A DNA stretch of 64,000 nt from a virus. Lineage: Duplodnaviria > Caudoviricetes. The DNA lies in IMG/VR virus record IMGVR_UViG_3300014204_000188, positions 2,002 to 66,001 of that record; one strand, 5' to 3'. Shown piece after piece: positions 49,973 to 56,966 of the stretch. Made by a program: the position numbers and the translations under genes. The stretch's first letter is position 1. Every line of letters starts with the position of its first letter. The notes beneath the pieces were generated by a model. It was not told the DNA's origin. It saw nothing but the letters and a program-made list of their open reading frames with translations, and made no database searches.

Positions 49973-51430
49973 CTAATCTTTAGTTATTTCAATCCTCCTC
50001 AACTTCTTTGGAATAATATTTGTTGCCGGAATTTCTACAGGCACTTCATTCTCATCCACCTCATCTTCCTCCGGATTTTGTAAAGATTCACGTAACTCCT
50101 CTTCCCGCATCTTCATAATAACCTCAATCGCATCATCATCCAACCCCAGAAAATAAGAACAAAATGCCTTTGGAACTATTACTTCAGAAGCCTCTGGATT
50201 AGCAAAATAATCACGCAATGCGGCAGACCGTTTAGCTCCAATAGTCACTTTTGCATCTTCTGACTCAGCATATAAATCCTGCCATTCTACAGAATAATCA
50301 TCCATTGGTTTGGGCAGAACACCAACTTCAATCATTCTATCTACGAAAGGTCTAATTATTTCTGGTTCAACAAACTCAGTGCGTCTATTAGTTACATATC
50401 CATCCCATTCATCAGCATCTTGCCCAGAAGACAATTCTCCGCGTTCACTACCCGTTAGAATTCGCTTTGGAATAGTTGTTGTGGTACTTACCATCTGAAT
50501 TAATACATCCACTATATCCGATGGACTAACAATCTGCTGTTTTGTCTCCTGCAAGGTAATCCCACGTAAAATCAAGAATCTTCTCAACCCATGTTCTAAC
50601 TCATCAAACTGTTCTAATGTTTCAGCTTCTGCCGTAGGAGATAGATTGTAATCATTATCTACCTTTCCTCCCATAGGAGGTCGAGCTCCTCGCCAAAACA
50701 TTTCTGCTGAACCTCCTATCACCTTATCGAAATCTTGCAACCGATTATAAACCACCTCCAGTCGAGGAGTTCCTTCCACCTCGTTTTCTAACTGCCCTTC
50801 TACAACATGTAATATTCGTGTATGATGTACCATCAATGATGAAGTAGAAACTTGAGATCCAGTACCCATACTGGAAGGTTCTTTCAATGTTACATTATAA
50901 GTTAACGGTAATCCATATCTTTCGTTGGCTGTATCTGTTTCCCAAGTAGCAATAACTGCACTGGATTCCCCTAACGGTTTTACATATAACAATTCACGTT
51001 TACCAGAATTCACCGGAAGTTGCCAACTTTCATTACTTGTAATATCATTGAATCCTAACAATAATGCTCCATATCTGCCTAATCCAGTAAGTTTATCAAG
51101 ACGAATAAACTTTGTTTTTAATTTCAACTTTTTTTCCAAATCTTCAAATGCTTTTTCAAACACTGTTTCATTTGGATTATTGCTTTCAATCACTTTCAAT
51201 GGACCAGTCCACGTGGCTTTCACTGGACGGGAGATTATGGCTTCTGCGATATCCTGCCTTTTAAAGACTGCAAGAAAATCATCGTACCCAATGGTCCTAT
51301 TGTATCCTAATGCCTCGTATAAATCCCGTTTCCCATCGAATGACATACCTAATAGGTTAGCCAATTTAAACCTATTAGCTATAGTAGATGCCAATGTATT
51401 TAATTCACCAGGTTTATTATGTCTAATCAT
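49973..51430 (-). CDS. portal protein (DUF1073-like)
   Basis: 485 aa after TerL; RLDKL.GLG.YG, HHTRILH, IPKRILTG. Confidence 0.8.
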   Translation of the reverse strand: MIRHNKPGELNTLASTIANRFKLANLLGMSFDGKRDLYEALGYNRTIGYDDFLAVFKRQDIAEAIISRPVKATWTGPLKVIESNNPNETVFEKAFEDLEKKLKLKTKFIRLDKLTGLGRYGALLLGFNDITSNESWQLPVNSGKRELLYVKPLGESSAVIATWETDTANERYGLPLTYNVTLKEPSSMGTGSQVSTSSLMVHHTRILHVVEGQLENEVEGTPRLEVVYNRLQDFDKVIGGSAEMFWRGARPPMGGKVDNDYNLSPTAEAETLEQFDELEHGLRRFLILRGITLQETKQQIVSPSDIVDVLIQMVSTTTTIPKRILTGSERGELSSGQDADEWDGYVTNRRTEFVEPEIIRPFVDRMIEVGVLPKPMDDYSVEWQDLYAESEDAKVTIGAKRSAALRDYFANPEASEVIVPKAFCSYFLGLDDDAIEVIMKMREEELRESLQNPEEDEVDENEVPVEIPATNIIPKKLRRIEITKD

Positions 51431-51432
51431 TA

Positions 51433-52998
51433 TTAAGCCCTTTCCATCTTATGTAATGGACCAGCCATCCGTTTAGAAGTTAGTTTAGCAAAACAAGCTC
51501 CCGCTGAATCTACCTGATCTTTATACTTACCGAATGGGAAATCCCGATGTTCCGTAATAAAATCTTCATTCCAAGAAGCTTCTAACAATAAAACATTCCC
51601 ATTATTCACTTGTACTGAATATGGATCTGCCCGATAAATCTTATCTCCATGTGGTAAATCTCGTTCCCCAACAAATCCAGCCAGATTCTTTGTAGTAGCT
51701 TCTGCACTTTCTTTACCACCAGAACCAGGCTCCTGTTCATAATATATAGCACATTCTATTCCATCAGCCTCAGCAGTCTCACGAATAATATCTTCCCGTT
51801 CTTCAGCATCCCATCTACCTCGTTTTACATCAGCAACTATCCACTTTCCGTTCTTCAACTTTATCATCTTAGTCCCTACAGTATAACAAGGTCCATTCTT
51901 TGAGTTTAATATCTCTTTTGTACCAGCCTTATCCCAATACCGAGCTACAGACTCCCAATTAATAGAACTTGGTAATGCTTGAATCTTGATAAAATGATCC
52001 ACTTTAAACATCCCACCTGCTGGTGGTGTGGGTGACTGACCCACTTGGCCTGCAAATCCATATTGACCAAGATCAGCCATCAAATCATCTAAGATAGTAC
52101 GGCTTAATCTAACAGGATCCAACAATCCATCTACATAATACTTTTTCAATTCTGCAGGTTCTACCAAATTACCATATCTACCATCCAACAACCCAGGCAA
52201 TACGATACATTTAAGATTTTGTTTATGTTTTTTTCGTTGATGTTCTGTTGGATCATTCACTGCCAACCGTTGCATGATACCAATTACAACAGACACCTCT
52301 TTATCCACCTTCCTGGTAGGCATTGTTTGATCCAGAAAATCATTCGCTGTTTGTAGAGCTGTTATACTCACTGCCTCATGTGGATTGATAATATCATCCC
52401 AAATCAAAATATGTCCATGGAATCCTGTACCCTTCCCATCTATGCCTGTACTAAGCCGAGTACCCCCGTTTAGAATCCTCGGCAAACGGCCTGGGTGTAC
52501 TTGAACTTTCTTGATTATACGGAAGTTCCCTTTAGCATCTTTGTCTTGTTTTATCTCTAATTCCGGATAAATCACTCGAAACCGCTCACTGCGAACAATT
52601 TCCCTACTATACTCCGCAGATTCCCAACTTAAGTCTGCACTATAGCTCCAACAAATAAACTTCATCCAATACCACCGAGTCCAACACCATACTGGAAACA
52701 TAATAGAACATATCGCAGTTTTCGTTGTTCCTGGAGGAATATTAACAATCAAATCATAAGCCTTTGGATCATGTCTTCCTACTCTTTCTGCTATTTCTTG
52801 TAACTCATCACATAAATACTTGATATGCCAATTATCTCGAAATGGTTCCATACTATAATCAGGCCAGAAATATTTTAGAAAATGATAAAAGCTCCTATTG
52901 TTTAACTCTCTCACCAATAACTGTGGATGAGCTATTGCAAATTGAAGCACCTGTTTTTTAGGTGGGTATTTTCTAACTATTTTAGTTTCTGGAAACAT
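51433..52998 (-). CDS. terL: terminase large subunit
   Basis: NIPPGTTKT Walker A, LIWDD, YWDKAGT, EQEPGSGG, DQVDS. Confidence 0.9.
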   Translation of the reverse strand: MFPETKIVRKYPPKKQVLQFAIAHPQLLVRELNNRSFYHFLKYFWPDYSMEPFRDNWHIKYLCDELQEIAERVGRHDPKAYDLIVNIPPGTTKTAICSIMFPVWCWTRWYWMKFICWSYSADLSWESAEYSREIVRSERFRVIYPELEIKQDKDAKGNFRIIKKVQVHPGRLPRILNGGTRLSTGIDGKGTGFHGHILIWDDIINPHEAVSITALQTANDFLDQTMPTRKVDKEVSVVIGIMQRLAVNDPTEHQRKKHKQNLKCIVLPGLLDGRYGNLVEPAELKKYYVDGLLDPVRLSRTILDDLMADLGQYGFAGQVGQSPTPPAGGMFKVDHFIKIQALPSSINWESVARYWDKAGTKEILNSKNGPCYTVGTKMIKLKNGKWIVADVKRGRWDAEEREDIIRETAEADGIECAIYYEQEPGSGGKESAEATTKNLAGFVGERDLPHGDKIYRADPYSVQVNNGNVLLLEASWNEDFITEHRDFPFGKYKDQVDSAGACFAKLTSKRMAGPLHKMERA

Positions 52999-53572
52999 CC
53001 GTGTTGGCCCCTTGGGTTAATCCTAACTTCAATGCCCATTCCAATTCTTCAGTACTATATTGTTTTGGATCACTTAAGTTTTCTTGCAACAAATTAATAT
53101 CCACCTGACCTTCCATCGTAATATTGATTTGGCTTTGTTGTACATCTGCCCATTTTTCACGCTGACGAACTTGTAGCCATTTCTGAGCAGCAAATGGATT
53201 AGGTGGAAAATACTTTATAATAGGTATAACTAAAGCTTCTGTATGTTCTGTTACTTCCCTGGTTTCTATATTGAAAGTACGTACTCTATTACTTAGAATA
53301 TGAATATCAGGATGTGTAAACCCATTAGCTAACTTATAATAACTATGTGCCACATTCATATCTGCCTCTATTTTGCCTCTCTTTAAAGCTGCAGTAAAAA
53401 CAGGATTAGTTTGTTTCCAATAGGTAATGGTTGTAACATCTACTTCAAAGAAATCTGCTATCTCTTTTTCTGTCGCCCCCAGTAATGCTAACTTATAAGT
53501 TTGTTTTTCAAACTCAGGCCTCCATCTTCCTTTAGCACCCACTCCATGTGGATTGTATCTACGGACGTACAT
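52982..53572 (-). CDS. terS: terminase small subunit
   Basis: N-terminal HTH (GATEKEIADFFEVDVTTITYW), AAQKWL..R..EKW; overlaps terL. Confidence 0.8.
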   Translation of the reverse strand: MYVRRYNPHGVGAKGRWRPEFEKQTYKLALLGATEKEIADFFEVDVTTITYWKQTNPVFTAALKRGKIEADMNVAHSYYKLANGFTHPDIHILSNRVRTFNIETREVTEHTEALVIPIIKYFPPNPFAAQKWLQVRQREKWADVQQSQINITMEGQVDINLLQENLSDPKQYSTEELEWALKLGLTQGANTDVSRN

Positions 53573-53747
53573 TGTTTTATGTTTTATTTGAATAAAACAT
53601 AAAATTAAAGTAATTATTTCATATAATCCAAAAATATTTCCAAATATTTTTACTTTAATTCTATTTTATTTTAAAAAATATTTTTAATTTTGTGTTTATA
53701 TAAATACATTACAAGAAAAATTATAACTAACTTTATTATACATAACC

Positions 53748-54071
53748 ATGGAAACAATACATCGCAGAATTCAAACAGAACTAACCAAACAGAAAATTTC
53801 AAAAGCACTTACTGGAAAAAAACATACCCCAGAACATAAACAAAGAATTAGTGAAAGTTTGTTAGGAAAACCTAAAACAAAACAAACCATTCGAAAAATG
53901 AGCTTGGCTAAACGTAACATGTCCGACCTTACTAAATATCGAATGAGTCTAGCTAAACGTGGAAAGAATCATCCTCTGTATGGAATAACCGGCCCAGCCA
54001 ATCCCAGATGGGGAAAAAAGTACCCAAAGAAAATTATTCAGAAAAACTCTTCAGATATATCCATTGTATAG
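53748..54071 (+). CDS. stand-alone NUMOD3-repeat protein
   Basis: GKKHTPEHKQRISES, KTKQTIRKMS, TKYRMSLAKRG..HPLYG, NPRWG. Confidence 0.75.
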   Translation: METIHRRIQTELTKQKISKALTGKKHTPEHKQRISESLLGKPKTKQTIRKMSLAKRNMSDLTKYRMSLAKRGKNHPLYGITGPANPRWGKKYPKKIIQKNSSDISIV

Positions 54072-54274
54072 TCTCACTTTACAAAGCCTATTTGTTGCGT
54101 TTGCTAAGATGTCTATACTATGGTTTGAACGATTTTCTAAACAAAATCGCTGTTTTTTCACACCAAACAGTAGAAACTTCACTGTAAAACACTCTGATTT
54201 CAACAGATTTTGTCTATAACTTATTGAATATGAATAAGAAAAAAATTTAAAAAAATTTTGTTAAAAAACGTAGG

Positions 54275-54305
54275 TTTGTTAAAAATCTATTTATATTTAT
54301 ATGTG
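54275..54305 (+). promoter_or_regulatory. possible Bacteroidota-type -33/-7 promoter (TTTG-N19-TATATGTG)
   Basis: One mismatch to TAnnTTTG; lies just upstream of the structured RNA. Confidence 0.3.
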
Positions 54306-54328
54306 TTTAAGTTGTTTGAAATTTTGGA

Positions 54329-54708
54329 AATTTTGAGACGGAAAGAGGAAATCTTCGACAGTCTGGAGTTCTAAAGTGTTTTAACTAACTGATTGAAAGG
54401 GTGTTAAAGTCGAGCCAGATCTCAAAATTGTACCATGAGAAGGCAAATCCGAGTATTAGACCGTTTACGGTTATGCGAATATGTTGATGCCATTTAGTAT
54501 ATGGACAAAGCCTTACGCCAGCAAACCTGGTAGCATTAGAGCGTATCAGTAGGGTGGACATATTATTACGCATAGCAATCGAACTAAATAATACGGTTGG
54601 AAGTTGAAACACAATCCTTTGACTTCTATATATCGCTTGGTAATTTGGGCCAAGCAGTATTGACTACGGCGGACGCTTTCACTTTGGTTCGACTCCAAAG
54701 GTAGCCAC
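54329..54708 (+). ncRNA. large structured non-coding RNA ending in a T-loop tRNA-like domain
   Basis: Multiple long-range helices (e.g. 54329-38/54420-29; 54472-84/54558-74) and TTTGG-TTCGACT-CCAAA arm. Confidence 0.7.
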
Positions 54709-54736
54709 AGTATAAACAATTCTAAAACTTACTGTC

Positions 54737-54931
54737 ATGAACAACACAAGAAGAAAACAAATCAGTGATTTGCTCAGTAAACTGAATGAAATGAAATCAG
54801 AGTTAAAAACTATTCAAAATGATGAACAGAAATACTTTAATAACGTTCCAGAAAACCAACAGGATAGTGTACGTTATTACAATTCAGAATCCATACTAAC
54901 ACAATTGGATGAAGCTTGTTTTTTACTTTGA
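54737..54931 (+). CDS. early hypothetical protein
   Basis: MNNTRRKQI...QNDEQ..FNNVPEN.Q pattern common in phages. Confidence 0.6.
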   Translation: MNNTRRKQISDLLSKLNEMKSELKTIQNDEQKYFNNVPENQQDSVRYYNSESILTQLDEACFLL

Positions 54932-54957
54932 ACATATGATAGAAAATCTCCAGGAAA

Positions 54958-55018
54958 TTATATCATTCCACTGATAAGACTTTAATAGTTGAAACCGGAA
55001 TTTATTCCAGTCTATAAC
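54958..55018 (+). ncRNA. degenerate type I hammerhead ribozyme
   Basis: CTGATAA (G8 to A), stem II GACT/AGTT, GAAAC, stem III with a mismatch, GTC; weak stem I. Confidence 0.5.
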
Positions 55019-55022
55019 ATAT

Positions 55023-55107
55023 GGCTTTGCTCCTCGGGATGATAGCCCCGTGAGAGTCCCGGAACCAGGTTTAGACTTGGATGGTGGTCCGAATCCGCCC
55101 ATTGCCA
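55023..55107 (+). ncRNA. tRNA-like element without D arm
   Basis: Acceptor-like GGCTTTG/CATTGCC+A, T arm GGTGG-TCCGAAT-CCGCC, hairpins CGGGAT/GTCCCG and CCAGGT/ACTTGG. Confidence 0.55.
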
Positions 55108-55131
55108 CTATAAAAACTAAATCTTAATTCA

Positions 55132-55443
55132 ATGAAAACAACATCCACTGAGTTAAACAGCACAGAACTTATTATTCTACAGGCTATTAAACTTGCTCAT
55201 AAAAACGCCGGCGGGGATTTTACTTACGCTGATGAAGTTCTATCAGAAGTAAATCAAATTCTCCTTACAAATCAAACCGCCCAACCCACTCATCTAACTT
55301 ATCCACAAGTTAAAGGATACCTTAGTCAATTATCCCAGAAAGGATATATCTCAATTGACCCCTACGAATTTCATCAAATTAATTTTTGTAAAAAAGCCTT
55401 AGAAATTTATCCAGATTTGGAAAAAACTTGTCAAATTTACTAA
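55132..55443 (+). CDS. winged-helix-like DNA-binding protein
   Basis: LTYPQVKGYLSQLSQKGYISID resembles a wHTH recognition helix and wing. Confidence 0.5.
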   Translation: MKTTSTELNSTELIILQAIKLAHKNAGGDFTYADEVLSEVNQILLTNQTAQPTHLTYPQVKGYLSQLSQKGYISIDPYEFHQINFCKKALEIYPDLEKTCQIY

Positions 55444-55497
55444 GTTACACTGACGAGATTTTATGAATCGAAACCGGAATTCGTTCCGGTCTGTAAC
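55444..55497 (+). ncRNA. type I hammerhead ribozyme
   Basis: GTTACA CTGACGA GATT-ttatg-AATC GAAA CCGGAA-ttcg-TTCCGG TC TGTAAC; predicted cleavage 3' of C55491. Confidence 0.93.
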
Positions 55498-55515
55498 AAA
55501 CTAAATCTTAATATC

Positions 55516-55923
55516 ATGTCAAGTATTAACAAAGAACGGGAAGAATACCGTGAAGATTGTTCCGGTGGAGAAACGACCGGGATGAACAAGACTGATTTAA
55601 AACAAAGTTATTCAAATCATTTGGCTATAAAAGACGTTGATGATGATCCCCGAAAAGAACCCATTCCTAAAGATCAAGACCAAAATCCCAAGGTATCTGA
55701 ATTTCAAAAACTAATTGACCAAGCAATCAAAGCAATCGTGACCTATGAAACCCTGTCTCCTCAGATTGGTTACACTCGAACTTATCAAACAAATGCTATT
55801 CAAGCTGAAAGGTTTATTAGAAGTCTTTCAGTCTATAAATACCATAAAGTTTGGGCCGAAATCCACTCCCACATTGTTTCTTATTACGATAGCCTGGCTC
55901 CTGAACTTAATTCAAAATCTTAA
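55516..55923 (+). CDS. early hypothetical protein
   Basis: ORF with A-rich initiation region. Confidence 0.6.
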   Translation: MSSINKEREEYREDCSGGETTGMNKTDLKQSYSNHLAIKDVDDDPRKEPIPKDQDQNPKVSEFQKLIDQAIKAIVTYETLSPQIGYTRTYQTNAIQAERFIRSLSVYKYHKVWAEIHSHIVSYYDSLAPELNSKS

Positions 55924-56009
55924 AAGTGGAGCTATATATTTTGAAAGTGCTCGATTAATTTGTACTAAACCATAAACGGCTGCCCTATCGGCTACACGGG
56001 GATTGTAAA

Positions 56010-56150
56010 ATGAGATACATTAGACCAAAAAACGAACTTATTGTAAGAGAAAAGAAACTTACAAAGAAGCAGAGAAAAGAAACAGAAGAAAAAGAAGAAT
56101 TTTTGCGTAAAAACCAAAACGGTGTATTTGGTAGTATTTTTTAGAATAAA
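56010..56150 (+). CDS. small charged protein (46 aa)
   Basis: Manually read MRYIRPKNELIVREKK...FGSIFLE*. Confidence 0.5.
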
Positions 56151-56154
56151 ACTA

Positions 56155-56196
56155 ACCCATTTTGGAACTGCCCCGGTTCGATTCCGGAGATGGGTT
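56155..56196 (+). ncRNA. tRNA minihelix-like element (acceptor + T arm)
   Basis: AACCCATT/GATGGGTT stem with CCGG-TTCGATT-CCGG arm; 9-nt linker. Confidence 0.6.
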
Positions 56197-56249
56197 CGAA
56201 CAATAAATTTATCATTTTCAAAAATTAATAATTTTAAATCTTAAACATT

Positions 56250-56549
56250 ATGAACGAAAATTTAGTTTTAAAAATGGATGAAAATCAAGAAACTATTCCC
56301 AGTGTTCTTGGAATTTCTAATGAAAGAGCAAAAGAATTAATAGAATTATGTAGAACGTCTCTCAAAAGTACAGATACTTTTACTGAAAGTATCAAAGAAG
56401 TTTCTGAGAAAACAGAAACGCTTGAGGAATTGGCATTCATTTGTTTTGAACTTGGAATGGTAATCGGTGTTACAAAAGGAATGAGGATAAGCACTAGTCC
56501 GTTAGCTTCATTGGTCCATCAAATGATGCAGGGGGGATCTGAGGAATAA
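56250..56549 (+). CDS. early protein, paralog A
   Basis: Clear similarity to 56644-56892. Confidence 0.7.
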   Translation: MNENLVLKMDENQETIPSVLGISNERAKELIELCRTSLKSTDTFTESIKEVSEKTETLEELAFICFELGMVIGVTKGMRISTSPLASLVHQMMQGGSEE

Positions 56550-56605
56550 GATTTACTGATGAGGCTTCAATAGCCGAAACCCGGAGTGTACTCCGGGTCT
56601 AAATC
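56550..56605 (+). ncRNA. type I hammerhead ribozyme
   Basis: GATTTA CTGATGA GGCT-tcaat-AGCC GAAA CCCGGAG-tgta-CTCCGGG TC TAAATC; predicted cleavage 3' of C56599. Confidence 0.93.
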
Positions 56606-56643
56606 AAAAATTATTTCTTATTTACAAATAAATTTCAAACACC

Positions 56644-56892
56644 ATGGACAAAAATCTAATTTTAAAAACAGACGAAACAAAAGAAAAAATTTCTGAAGTT
56701 CTTGGAATTTCTGATGAAAGAGAACAAAAATTACTTAAAGATGTCGACAAGAGCTTACGGCGAGAAGAAAATATTACTTTAGCTTTAAAAAAAGTAATTG
56801 ATCAAACACAAACTCTGGAAGAAGCTGTTTTTGCCACTTTTCAAATTGGAGCAGAAATTGGATACAATAAAGGTTTTTCTAAATCTTTATGA
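56644..56892 (+). CDS. early protein, paralog B
   Basis: NL.LK.DE..E.I..VLGIS.ER...TLEE..F..F..G..IG..KG shared with 56250. Confidence 0.7.
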   Translation: MDKNLILKTDETKEKISEVLGISDEREQKLLKDVDKSLRREENITLALKKVIDQTQTLEEAVFATFQIGAEIGYNKGFSKSL

Positions 56893-56944
56893 AACTTACT
56901 GACGAGGCTTCAATAGCCGAAACCGGGCTTGCCCGGTCTAAGTT
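56893..56944 (+). ncRNA. type I hammerhead ribozyme
   Basis: AACTTA CTGACGA GGCT-tcaat-AGCC GAAA CCGGG-cttg-CCCGG TC TAAGTT; predicted cleavage 3' of C56938. Confidence 0.93.
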
Positions 56945-56966
56945 AAACTAAAAACAATAAAATATC

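Noticed and set aside
54340-54360. RNase P RNA (GAGGAAATC resembles CR-I GAGGAAAGUCC)
   Set aside because: The match is imperfect and no CR-V (ACAnAAnnnnGCUUA) partner was found; the GAAA fits a local hairpin loop.
54329-54708. tmRNA
   Set aside because: No GGGG 5' end, no G3-U70 alanine acceptor, and no tag ORF ending in Ala-Ala.
54385-55108. Minus-strand ORFs 54385-54612 and 54923-55108
   Set aside because: Antisense to structured RNAs in a + strand region; no start context.
55083-55120. preQ1-I riboswitch (GGTGG/CCACT stem plus ATAAAAACTAA tail), tempting given the que genes
   Set aside because: The loop is 17 nt and lacks the UAG needed to pair with CUAA; AAACTAAA recurs as a general initiation-region motif; the T-arm fold explains the sequence better.
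55921-56009. Twister or HDV/theta ribozyme
   Set aside because: TAAAAGTGGAG resembles a twister segment but no UAA-CAC partner exists; the HDV fit lacks G1 and a P2 partner. Kept only as an unresolved element.
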